Assembly: GCA_965223265.1 (NCBI GenBank)
Contig: OZ244999.1
Location: forward strand, 8,576,001-8,640,000
DNA from: Planctomycetota bacterium
GTDB taxonomy: Bacteria > Planctomycetota > UBA8108 > SXIK01
Reading direction: 5' to 3'
Length of the DNA stretch: 64,000 bases
Part shown: positions 47,706-57,143 of the stretch, piece by piece
Position numbering within the stretch: position 1 is the first letter of the stretch
Layout of the letters: every line of letters starts with the position of its first letter
Position numbers and translations under genes: made by a program
The notes under the pieces: generated by a model
What the model saw: only the letters and a program-made list of their open reading frames with translations
Databases searched by the model: none
What the model was told of the DNA's origin: nothing

Positions 47706-49052
47706 ATCGCGACTTCGAGCCCAGACGAGCACCCGTTTCTTCACCGACCTCACCGAACCTTTTGGCACTTCTCCTTTCCCGTTCTCCTAGCGCTCATCGG
47801 CGAACCGCTCGCCGGGCTTGTTGATGCAGCCTTCGTTGCCCGAGTTGGCGTGCACGAGCAAGCGGCGCTAGGCGCATCGACAATCCTCCTATCCGGGCTC
47901 TTTTGGATGCTTTTCTTCCTGAGTGTGTCGACGCAAACGGAGGTGGCCCACGGCCTGGGGGCAGGCGATTTGGAGCGCGCGCGCAAGGCGACAGGTTTGG
48001 CGCTCGCGATCTCTCTGTTGGGTGGCATTTGCGTGGCGATCGTTGTCGCGTTTCTTCTCGGCCCCGCAGCGCATTGGATGGAGGCGAGCGGCGAGATCGA
48101 AGCACCGTTTATAGCCTACTCCCACTGGCGGCTTCCTGGCGTTCCAGGATCGCTGGCGATGGGGGTGGCGTTCGGAGCATTTCGCGGCTATCAGAACGTG
48201 CGCACACCGCTAGCGATCTCGATTGGCGTGACCCTGCTCAACATCGCGCTCGATCCGCTCCTGATTTGGGGCGCAGGCCCGATCCCGCCTCTCGGTGTCC
48301 GCGGCGCGGCGCTGGCAAGCGCGCTGAGCCAGTGGGCTGGTGCCGTCGCGTCGATGTTCCTTGTGTGGCGCCTCCATGGGGTGAGCTGGAGTGTTGACGC
48401 CTCGATACTCCGCCGCTTGATCACTGTTGGGCGTGACATGCTGGTGCGCACGGCGTCGCTCACGCTCTTTCTGATCTTGGCGACGCAAAAGGCGACCGAG
48501 ATGGGGGCGGCAGCCGGTGCCGTCCACCTTGGTGTGCGCCAGACTTGGGCTCTCACAGCTCTGCTCCTCGACGCGTTCGCCACGACTGCGCAGAGCTTTG
48601 TGGGCTACTTTTTGGCGGCCGGTCGCGTCGCTACCGCCCGTCACGTCGCCCGCGTCGCCACCTTCTGGAGCTTCAGCGTCGGTGCGGCGTTGACCGCTGT
48701 CATGCTGCTCGCAACGGACCACGCCTGGGCGCTGCTGGTCGTCGATGTAGAGCGCGACCGTTTCGCGTCGGCATGGATCGTCAGTGCGCTCTTTCAACCT
48801 CTCAATGGCATTAGTTTTGCCACTGATGGCATCCATTGGGGCGCCGGCGATTTCGCGTTTCTGCGCAACGTGACGGTGACAGCCACGTGCGTGGGGCTCG
48901 TGGGTCTATGGTTCGTAGACCCTGAGAGTCACGGGCTCGATGCCGTTTGGCTGGTCACGGGTGCGTGGATTGCGACGCGAGCCTTCTTCGGATTCGTGCG
49001 CCTTTGGCCGGGCCTCGGAAAGCCGCCGATGCCTAGCGCTAGACCGCGCTGA
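47706..49052 (+). CDS. MATE (DinF-like) efflux transporter; start codon atypical or frameshifted
   Basis: EPLAGLVDAAFVARVG, FRGYQNVRTP, LDPLLIWG..LGVRGAA; conserved N-terminus lies upstream of the first GTG (47850). Confidence 0.85.
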   Translation: MATSSPDEHPFLHRPHRTFWHFSFPVLLALIGEPLAGLVDAAFVARVGVHEQAALGASTILLSGLFWMLFFLSVSTQTEVAHGLGAGDLERARKATGLALAISLLGGICVAIVVAFLLGPAAHWMEASGEIEAPFIAYSHWRLPGVPGSLAMGVAFGAFRGYQNVRTPLAISIGVTLLNIALDPLLIWGAGPIPPLGVRGAALASALSQWAGAVASMFLVWRLHGVSWSVDASILRRLITVGRDMLVRTASLTLFLILATQKATEMGAAAGAVHLGVRQTWALTALLLDAFATTAQSFVGYFLAAGRVATARHVARVATFWSFSVGAALTAVMLLATDHAWALLVVDVERDRFASAWIVSALFQPLNGISFATDGIHWGAGDFAFLRNVTVTATCVGLVGLWFVDPESHGLDAVWLVTGAWIATRAFFGFVRLWPGLGKPPMPSARPR

Positions 49053-49092
49053 AAGGCCAATGCCCAACGAATGAAGTCGTGAACGCCGCGCG

Positions 49093-49320
49093 CTACCAGC
49101 GCAGCTGTTCCGGCAACGCTTCGTACGTTTGTTCGCACATCACGTCGTAGAGGCCGGCGGCACAGATGTTGCCTCCTGCGCGTGATTCGAGTGCGAGGGA
49201 CTTGTGAATCGCATAGGCAGCGAGAAGACGCGTTGGCTGATCCTCGGCGTCCTTCCAGTCCTCCCACGCGTGCCGGAGCTCGGCTGCGGTCAAGTCGTCA
49301 AGATTTATCGGTGTACCCAT
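49093..49320 (-). CDS. Small hypothetical protein
   Basis: 75-aa ORF MGTPINLDD...LPEQLRW with protein-like composition. Confidence 0.45.
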   Translation of the reverse strand: MGTPINLDDLTAAELRHAWEDWKDAEDQPTRLLAAYAIHKSLALESRAGGNICAAGLYDVMCEQTYEALPEQLRW

Positions 49321-49607
49321 ATTCAAGTATGACTGACCGGTGCGATCTACGCAACTTTTGCGGAACGTCACGGGTTTCTCCTCGATTTCTTCACTTCTTT
49401 GGCCCGATTGGATCCGCCATTCGCCGCACGGGCTGTTCAGCTCGAAACGGGCTTCTCCACAAGCCCTATCCGACCGATTTGGACAGTGACTAAAACTGTC
49501 CTTTCGGAGCCGACTTTCGAACCGAACCGGGAGTATATGCAGGCGCGAATCAGATTCAAGCAAACGGAAAAGTTACCGGAACTCTCGAGTCGATTCCCCA
49601 CCGCTAA

Positions 49608-49767
49608 CAGCCTGTTGAAAAAGTGCTTCGGGCCGAAAACTGGTCTCTTCGCGTCCAGATCGGCCGCGGCAAACGCAGGCAATCTTCGGGATTTTCGAGT
49701 ATTGACGCGGTCGAGCTGGGCGTGAAGAGGCCAGTTTCTTCGGCCGAATGACTCTTTCAACGGGCTG
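49608..49767. mobile_element. MITE (IS5/IS1182-like termini), 160 bp, CTAA target duplication
   Basis: CAGCCTGTTGAAAAAG ... CTCTTTCAACGGGCTG terminal inverted repeats; CTAA at 49604-07 and 49768-71; internal foldback. Confidence 0.8.
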
Positions 49768-49855
49768 CTAAGGGTGGCAACGGCAAAGAGTCGAGCGTCG
49801 ACCGCCGATGTAGAAGCAGCACTTAAACTTAGTCTCAATCGAATGGGTACGAGTT

Positions 49856-52003
49856 ATGCTGCACTTCCAACCATCGGCGGGGAGATGCGTTCTATCTTTC
49901 TGGCGTTCCGGTCGTCGAAACACTTGGCGCCGAGGCTCCATCGGGCACTGTTTGATACCCGTGCTTGTCGCGACAGCGTTCCTTGCTTCGAGCGAGGCGC
50001 AGGCCGACGTCGGAGTCATCGAAGTCGAGGGCGGAAATGACAATGATGATAATGACGATGAGGTCCTCGCCTTCGAGGAAGACTTCGACGCTGAGCTGCT
50101 GCTCTTCGAGGATATCCCTATTGTCGTCACGGCCGCGCGTCGGCCACAGAGACTGACGCAGTCGTCTCAGGCGATTAGCGTCGTGAGCTCGGACGACGTT
50201 CACTACGGCGGCTTCCGAAGTCTGCCTGATATGCTGCGCTTCACGCCTGGCGTCGACGTCTTGCAAGTCGACCGCAACATCGTCGCGCTCGGCATCCGGG
50301 GTATGCATGACACCTTTGCGGATCGAACGAAGGTGCTCATTGACGGACGCGACGTCGCCAGCCCCGTGTTCGGCGGGACAGACTACTTCCGTCTGCCCAT
50401 CTTTCCTGAAGATGTGGCGCGCATCGAAGTTGTACGAGGTCCAGGAGGCGCAGCCTGGGGGGCCAACGCGTTCAACGGCGTTATCAACGTAATCACGAAG
50501 GAGCCGGAGGACGTCAAAGGGCTGATGGGGTCGGCGCATGTCAACCTCTTCGGTGACAAGGCTACGCACGCTCGCTGGGCCGACTCGGTGGGGCGGTGGC
50601 ACTGGCGACTCGCACTCGGACACGAAGAGCGCGCGTCGTCGGAGGACGCGATCGACGGTGACGACTTCAGCTCAAGAGATTTCAACGAAGACTGGAGAGT
50701 CAACGGGCTGCTCAAGTATGAGCTTTCCCAGGCGACGGATTTGGAATTCGGGTCGGCGTACATACACGTCGATCGAGGCGACATCGAGTTTGCAGGGTTC
50801 CCCGGGCCGACGGATCCGCGCCGCGACGAAGAGCTCAACGTTCTCCACGCGCATAGTCGCTTGGAACACGAGTTCGCCGGTGGCTCCTCTGCATACCTTC
50901 AGTACTCCTCAAAGTACGAAGACATTGTCCGTCCGTCGGTCTGGCGATACGACGTTCTCGAGAACGACTTCGAGAGTCAACTGAACCTGGAATTGAGCGA
51001 CGTGAATACGCTTTCCGTCGGTGGAAACGTACGCTGGGTCCACATCAATGCCGATCCGCGGCAACCCACAGATGCGCTTCCATCCGACCGCGCTGACGAG
51101 GCCTGGGTGGGGTTGTTCGCGATTGATCGCTGGCAAGTTCTCGACAGCCTAGTCCTCGAAGGGCAGCTACGAGGCGATTACTACTCGGAGACGGATTTTG
51201 ACTGGTCTGGTCGACTCTCCGCCCTCCACTCTCTCGACGAGAGTGAGCAGCACGTGGTTCGTTTGAGTGTGGCCAAGGCGTTTCGGGCACCACTCTACGG
51301 AATTCGCGAAATCACGACGCAGCGCGTGCCACTGCCCGCGCCTCCATTCCCACCTGGCCTCTTCGCATTGAATTTGCTGCCTGCGCGGGGATTGGACAAC
51401 GAACAGACGTACGCCGCTGAACTCGGTTACTCGGGTGCGTTTCCCGGGGGCTTCCTTTTTTCGGTGGATGGATACTACCAGCACTATGAGCGATTGATCG
51501 GTCTGGTGTCTTCCGGAGCGCCGCTTGGAGCTGGGGTGAGCTCGTTTCAGCTCGACAACTTAGATGGGGGTGACGGTTTTGGCGTCGAGGCAGAGCTGAA
51601 GTATCGTCACGACATGTTCGAAGTCTCAACGTGGTATGCACACAATAACCTCGATCTTGAAGAGCCGGGACAGAGCATGCGAGCGTACTTTCCGGCGCGC
51701 AACAAGGTCGGCGCGAACATTCGGTTCTACTTCGACTTCGGACTGACCCTGACGACGAGTTATAGCTTCTACGACACCAGTAAGAAGGACCCTGCGAACA
51801 TCACGGGTCGCGATGCACGTCCCCACAGTCGCCTCGACGTCAGCGCGTCGCAGCGATTTGCCGACGACCGAGCTGAGATTCAAGTCGGTGTCATGGACGT
51901 CTTCAACGATACCGAGTTTTCTGTCAGCCAATTGGGCTCCCTTACTGCGCACGAGACGCCCGGTCGCACGTACTGGCTACAGTTGCAGCTGAACTTCCGT
52001 TGA
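49856..52003 (+). CDS. TonB-dependent receptor
   Basis: Plug (VVTAAR, LRFTPGV, RIEVVRGPG...NAFNGVINVITK), C-terminal GRTYWLQLQLNF; start uncertain. Confidence 0.92.
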   Translation: MLHFQPSAGRCVLSFWRSGRRNTWRRGSIGHCLIPVLVATAFLASSEAQADVGVIEVEGGNDNDDNDDEVLAFEEDFDAELLLFEDIPIVVTAARRPQRLTQSSQAISVVSSDDVHYGGFRSLPDMLRFTPGVDVLQVDRNIVALGIRGMHDTFADRTKVLIDGRDVASPVFGGTDYFRLPIFPEDVARIEVVRGPGGAAWGANAFNGVINVITKEPEDVKGLMGSAHVNLFGDKATHARWADSVGRWHWRLALGHEERASSEDAIDGDDFSSRDFNEDWRVNGLLKYELSQATDLEFGSAYIHVDRGDIEFAGFPGPTDPRRDEELNVLHAHSRLEHEFAGGSSAYLQYSSKYEDIVRPSVWRYDVLENDFESQLNLELSDVNTLSVGGNVRWVHINADPRQPTDALPSDRADEAWVGLFAIDRWQVLDSLVLEGQLRGDYYSETDFDWSGRLSALHSLDESEQHVVRLSVAKAFRAPLYGIREITTQRVPLPAPPFPPGLFALNLLPARGLDNEQTYAAELGYSGAFPGGFLFSVDGYYQHYERLIGLVSSGAPLGAGVSSFQLDNLDGGDGFGVEAELKYRHDMFEVSTWYAHNNLDLEEPGQSMRAYFPARNKVGANIRFYFDFGLTLTTSYSFYDTSKKDPANITGRDARPHSRLDVSASQRFADDRAEIQVGVMDVFNDTEFSVSQLGSLTAHETPGRTYWLQLQLNFR

Positions 52004-52998
52004 GGTCTCTCGTGCAGCAATACCAGAGTGTAAAGCTGTCAGCGTACATTCTTCTGGTCATCTGTGGGGTGGCGACGCTCTCAGAAGATCACGGAGCTGG
52101 CACCATCGCGGCTGATGCTGGTTCCAACATCGTGATCGTGTCGAGCAGCGACGCGACGCCGTATCGGCGGACCGTCGACGCGCTCAACGAGAGATTTGCT
52201 CAAGCGCAAGTGTCGATTCGAAACGTGTCGCTGGCGAAACTGTCGGCACGGGATAGGGAGCGGCTAGCGACGCGCGACGCCGACTTCGTCGCTGTTGGAA
52301 CGAAAGCGACCGCTGAGCTCGCACGTCTCTTGCCGCGCGAGAGGCGGCTCTTCTATTGCATGGTTAGCAGCACTAAGGCTGCGGGAGTGCGAGCTCGCGA
52401 GCGTTCGTATGGAGTGACGACGGCCGTGCCGCTGGAAGCTCAATGGTCTCTCATGGCTGAGTTGTTTCCGCGAGGTGCTAAGGTTGGGATTCTCTACAAC
52501 TCGCGAGAACAACGTAGCCTTGCTGTGGTGCGAGAGGTCGCGCGTACTCTGCCGGCGAGTTGGACTTCGCACAGTGTGGCGGTCGACAAACACGCATCGC
52601 ATGCAGAGGCGTTGGACCAGCTTTGCGAGCTCGATCCAGACTTCGTTTGGACTCATCTCGACCCGACTGTCTACAACTCGACCATCGTACGTGCGGTGCT
52701 TCTCACATCTCTGCGCAAGGGCATACCCGTCTTCGGCTTTTCCGTGCCATGCGTTCGTGCTGGCGCGATGATCGGTGTGGGAATCGAGCCGGAAACTCAA
52801 GCGCGCCAAGCATTCGAGTTGGTGCAAGAGATTGTCATGGCACCGCAGGAGCAGGGGGCGCCCCCCGCATCGCGCAGCGACCCCGCGAGATTTCAGATCG
52901 CTGTCAATCTGACGGTCGCGCAGCGTCTGAAGATCGAGTTGCCGGAGAGCATAATCGCGCGCGCCGATCGTGTCTTCAAGAGCCAAACGGAGGAGTAA
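52000..52998 (+). CDS. Periplasmic ligand-binding protein (ABC_sub_bind-like)
   Basis: VAVGTKA, KVGILYN, VRAGA, AVNLTVAQRLKIELP. Confidence 0.78.
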   Translation: MRSLVQQYQSVKLSAYILLVICGVATLSEDHGAGTIAADAGSNIVIVSSSDATPYRRTVDALNERFAQAQVSIRNVSLAKLSARDRERLATRDADFVAVGTKATAELARLLPRERRLFYCMVSSTKAAGVRARERSYGVTTAVPLEAQWSLMAELFPRGAKVGILYNSREQRSLAVVREVARTLPASWTSHSVAVDKHASHAEALDQLCELDPDFVWTHLDPTVYNSTIVRAVLLTSLRKGIPVFGFSVPCVRAGAMIGVGIEPETQARQAFELVQEIVMAPQEQGAPPASRSDPARFQIAVNLTVAQRLKIELPESIIARADRVFKSQTEE

Positions 52999-53004
52999 CT
53001 CGCT

Positions 53005-55815
53005 ATGCGACGTGGTTTCTTTCGCTTTGCGCTCAGAGAGAAAGCCCTCACCGTCACGATGCTCATTGTGACCTTGCCGCTACTACTTCTTACAGGGTTC
53101 ATGGTGTGGGAGACGAACTCGATTTTGTCCGGCGGACTTGAAAGTCGAGCGCGCGCGCTCGCAAAGAGTCTGGCTCGCGTGTGCGAGCTGCCTCTTTCCG
53201 TTGGGGACGCTGAGGAGGTGTCTCGCTTAGTGAGCACGATCATGCAAGACGACGATGTCGTCTTCGCGAGGGTCGAGGACGGTGACGGTAACGTGATGTC
53301 ACGAGCCGGGTCTGAAGGCGAATCCCTTGCAGCTGAGGGCGTCTTCGCAGCTACGGCAGACGTACTCGTTCCCAAGAGTCGCGCGGAAGATCTTGTGGAT
53401 CTGATGGAGCCACAATCTAAAGAGCTCGAACTCACGGGCCAGGTGAGTGTCGGTCTCTCTCTCGACCCTGTGGCAGCTGCCCAGTGGGATTACTCCCTCT
53501 TGAGCGCGAAGATTCTTCTCGCTGCGATCGTCATGGTTGTGCCACTCGCGCTGCTCATCATTGGTTCTTGGACACGTCGTCTTGATCGCGTCATCGTGGG
53601 CGCTCGACAGATCGCCGCCGGCGAATTCTTGGATGACTCGCTCAGTGATCTCACGAATGATCTGGACGACGAGATTGGGCAGTTGGCCAGGAGTTTCGAT
53701 TCGATGAACGCGTCTCTCGTACGGCGCGACGCGGAGCTGCGTTACTTTAACCGCACGCTCCAGAAACAGGTGAGGGAGCGCACCGCGGAGCTTGAGGACG
53801 CAAAGGTGGCCGCGGAGAACGCAAGTCGCGCGAAGAGCGAGTTTCTTGCCAACATGAGTCATGAGATTCGCACGCCGCTGAACGCCCTGTTTGGGATGAT
53901 CCACTTGATCCAGCGCACGCAGCTAAACGCAACCCAGGCCAAGTATGCGGCGCTAGCGCAAAGCTCCGCGCAGTCACTTCTTCAACTGATCAACGACGTG
54001 CTGGATTTCTCAAAGATCGAAGCCGGAAAGATGGAACTCGAGGCTGCCGAGTTTGATCTACAGCTTCTCTTTGAGGAGTCAGTTCAAATGCTTTCGAAGT
54101 TCGCCAGTAGCAAGGGGCTAGAGCTGCTCTGTTGGATTGACCCCCGCATACACAGCCGCTTTGTCGGCGACCCACAGAAGCTGCGACAGATTCTCACGAA
54201 CCTTCTTAACAATGCCATCAAGTTCACAGCCGAAGGGGAGGTGCGCGCGCGTCTGGAGATCGAAGATGACAACCAAGATCAGACCACGGTTCGAATTCTC
54301 GTAGAGGATACCGGGGTCGGCATACCGGAGGAGCGACGCGATCGACTCTTTAAGGAGTTCTCGCAGGTCGACAGCTCGACCACAAGGCGATTCGGTGGGA
54401 CGGGATTGGGGTTGGCGATTTGTCGGAAGTTCGTTGATCTCATGGGCGGTGAGATCGACGTAGAGAGTACTCCCGGGGAGGGTTCGACATTTTGGTTCCG
54501 TGTCTCGCTGAAAAAATCGTCCGGTCGAACGAAATGGCATCCACTCAAACGCTCCAGCGCGTTGGTCGTCTGCCCCAGCGACTCCCTTCGCGAGTACGTC
54601 GAGAAATACATGGTCGCTTGGGGTTTTCGGGTACGGGCATCCAGCAGTTGCGAGGACGCGATCGCAGCGTTTCGGAACGCTACCCGGGAACGAGAGGGCT
54701 TCGAACTGGTTTTGTTGGACTTGCCACCCGACGCGATTCGAGAGGTCGTGACGGCTCTCGATATTTCGGTGGGGGAAGAAGGGCGAGAAAACGTCCGCTT
54801 GCTGGCGCTGTCGCAAGGCGGCTCGGACGAGACGACCGACGAGCTCGCTCGGCTCGGTGTTCGTGAGGTTGTTGCGAAACCAGTCCAACCGTCGACGCTC
54901 TACGACGCGATCGCCGGATTGCTGCCAACTCGGGATGAAGGCGCCGTAGAATCACTACGTCCCCCTCGAGGAGCCCAAGGTGAATCTATAAAGGGGCGAG
55001 TTCTTGTCGCGGAGGACCAGGAAGTGAACCAGCTGTTTGTGACAGAGGTGTTGGTCGCCGATGGTTGGGAATATGAGGTTGCGGCGAATGGTCGTTTGGC
55101 CTTCGAGGCGGTGACATCGCGGCCCTTCGATGTGGTTTTGATGGATTGTCAAATGCCAGAGATGGATGGTTTCGAAGCGACTCGAAAGATTCGTGAAGCC
55201 GAAGCTCGCGGTGACCTCGCTCGCGTGAGCGGCGACCGTCTTCCCATCGTCGCGTTGACGGCTAACGCTGTAAAAGGTGACCGAGAGAAGTGCATCGAAG
55301 CGGGCATGGATGACTACTTGACGAAACCTCTCGATCCGGATCTCTTGTTGCGATTGCTCGATGCGTTCTGTGTGACTACCGCAGAGGAAGGCTCCACAGC
55401 CGTGAGTGCAGACGCTCCGATGGGTAGCGCTCTTGGTGAACCAGTGGAGGCCAAGAACAAGAACCCTGACGATCGCTGTGCCATCGCATTCGACGACCTA
55501 CTACAGCGCTGCATGGGCAATCAAGACCTGATGGAGCGACTGTTACAACGGTTTATCCCTCAGCTTCAGGGCTCTGTCGATGTTCTTCGGGAGTTGCAAG
55601 AAGGCGGTGAGTGGGGGCCGATTGCCCAGCAGGCGCACAAATTAAAAGGAATGGCGTCGAACCTCTCAGCAAAACGGCTTGCCGATCTTGCCCGAGAACT
55701 CGAAGCTTTGGCGCGCGAGAAGCAGGCGGGCGAGGTCTCCACTCTGATCGACGAGATCGAGTGTGAGGCGGCCCAGTGCTTGATCAGCTTGCGTGAACGA
55801 GCTCACGTTTCATGA
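53005..55815 (+). CDS. Hybrid sensor histidine kinase (HAMP-HisKA-HATPase-REC-REC-Hpt, BarA-like)
   Basis: FLANMSHEIRTPL, NLLNNAIKFT, GGTGLGL, LMDCQMP, AHKLKG. Confidence 0.93.
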   Translation: MRRGFFRFALREKALTVTMLIVTLPLLLLTGFMVWETNSILSGGLESRARALAKSLARVCELPLSVGDAEEVSRLVSTIMQDDDVVFARVEDGDGNVMSRAGSEGESLAAEGVFAATADVLVPKSRAEDLVDLMEPQSKELELTGQVSVGLSLDPVAAAQWDYSLLSAKILLAAIVMVVPLALLIIGSWTRRLDRVIVGARQIAAGEFLDDSLSDLTNDLDDEIGQLARSFDSMNASLVRRDAELRYFNRTLQKQVRERTAELEDAKVAAENASRAKSEFLANMSHEIRTPLNALFGMIHLIQRTQLNATQAKYAALAQSSAQSLLQLINDVLDFSKIEAGKMELEAAEFDLQLLFEESVQMLSKFASSKGLELLCWIDPRIHSRFVGDPQKLRQILTNLLNNAIKFTAEGEVRARLEIEDDNQDQTTVRILVEDTGVGIPEERRDRLFKEFSQVDSSTTRRFGGTGLGLAICRKFVDLMGGEIDVESTPGEGSTFWFRVSLKKSSGRTKWHPLKRSSALVVCPSDSLREYVEKYMVAWGFRVRASSSCEDAIAAFRNATREREGFELVLLDLPPDAIREVVTALDISVGEEGRENVRLLALSQGGSDETTDELARLGVREVVAKPVQPSTLYDAIAGLLPTRDEGAVESLRPPRGAQGESIKGRVLVAEDQEVNQLFVTEVLVADGWEYEVAANGRLAFEAVTSRPFDVVLMDCQMPEMDGFEATRKIREAEARGDLARVSGDRLPIVALTANAVKGDREKCIEAGMDDYLTKPLDPDLLLRLLDAFCVTTAEEGSTAVSADAPMGSALGEPVEAKNKNPDDRCAIAFDDLLQRCMGNQDLMERLLQRFIPQLQGSVDVLRELQEGGEWGPIAQQAHKLKGMASNLSAKRLADLARELEALAREKQAGEVSTLIDEIECEAAQCLISLRERAHVS

Positions 55816-55940
55816 GGGAGATAACATTAACATCCCGAATCTTTCAGCGCTGGGCCGAAAAGTGCATAGGAATGGAATAGGCCACGCGCCGGATTGCCGA
55901 AGTAGAGAGAGAAGACGCAACCTGGGTCTCACGAATCGAC

Positions 55941-56978
55941 ATGAAAGTGCTGATCATAGATGACGATGAGCTCGCGCTGGAGCTCCTACGAAGCACCCTC
56001 GAGCTGAATGGCTACGAAGTCGTGACGGCGACGAACGGCCGCGACGGTCTCCAGCTGCTCCAGGGGGAAGAGCTTCGCCTTGTCGTCTCGGATTGGGAGA
56101 TGCCGGAAATGACGGGCGTCGAATTGTGCCGCGCCATCCGTGGCGGTGCAGTCGCGCGCTACGTGTACTTCGTTCTGGTGACGTCTCATGATCAGGTGGA
56201 GCATAGAGTGAACGGCCTCGCAGCTGGCGCCGACGATTTCATGTCGAAGCCTTTCGATCCATCGGAACTGATCGTCCGCATCCGCGCGGGAGAGCGCATT
56301 CTAGGACTCGAGAGTCGCGACCTGGTCATCTTCTCGATGGCGAAGCTTGCAGAGTCTCGCGACACTGACACCGGTGCGCATCTCGAGCGTGTGAGGCAGT
56401 ACTCGCGTCTACTCGCCAAGCAATTGGCTACCACGAACGAGTTCAGTAGCGTCATCGATTCACGATACGCGCATCAGATTTACTTGACGAGTCCTTTGCA
56501 TGACATTGGGAAAATTGCGATTCCCGATGCCATCCTTCTCAAGCCCGGTCAACTCAACGACCGTGAGTTTGAGATCATGAAGACCCACACGATTCTCGGC
56601 GCACAAACGCTTGATGCGGCTCTACTCCAGTATCCTTCGGCTGAGTTTTTGAGCATGGCCCGGGACATCGCCGAGTCACACCACGAGAGGTTTGACGGAT
56701 CGGGATACCCTCACGGTCGCTCCGGAGAGGACATTCCTCTCTGTGGACGCATCGTTGCGGTCGCTGACACCTATGACGCTCTGACGTCGCGGCGGGTGTA
56801 CAAACCTGCGTATAGCCACACGACGGCACGTGGGATTATCGAGTCGCAATCGGGAAAGCAGTTCGACCCTCGAGTCGTCAGCGCCTTCTTAGCTCAAGAG
56901 GAGTCCTTCATCGCCACCTGCGAGGAGAATCAGGACGAAACTTCGGTCGACGTGCAGTCCCTGTTGTCGCCAGTCTAA
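55941..56978 (+). CDS. REC-HD-GYP response regulator (RpfG-like c-di-GMP phosphodiesterase)
   Basis: SDWEMP (REC); LHDIGK, HHERFDGSGYP, DALTSRRVYK. Confidence 0.92.
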   Translation: MKVLIIDDDELALELLRSTLELNGYEVVTATNGRDGLQLLQGEELRLVVSDWEMPEMTGVELCRAIRGGAVARYVYFVLVTSHDQVEHRVNGLAAGADDFMSKPFDPSELIVRIRAGERILGLESRDLVIFSMAKLAESRDTDTGAHLERVRQYSRLLAKQLATTNEFSSVIDSRYAHQIYLTSPLHDIGKIAIPDAILLKPGQLNDREFEIMKTHTILGAQTLDAALLQYPSAEFLSMARDIAESHHERFDGSGYPHGRSGEDIPLCGRIVAVADTYDALTSRRVYKPAYSHTTARGIIESQSGKQFDPRVVSAFLAQEESFIATCEENQDETSVDVQSLLSPV

Positions 56979-57143
56979 CAGCTGCATTCGATCGACGCGC
57001 TGCGCCCATCATAACGTCTGTCAGGACCCATGCGTTTCGCAGCGTTCTCGATGAGCGGATTAAAAGATACGAATCGCGCGAGCGGATACCGCGATTTCGC
57101 TGCGTGAGCCACGCGACAGATTTTGCGCGGGTGCTACGTCGAC

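Noticed and set aside
49784-49811. sigma28-like promoter CAAAG-N15-GCCGATGT upstream of the TonB receptor
   Set aside because: Only a partial consensus match; GCCGA is common at this GC content
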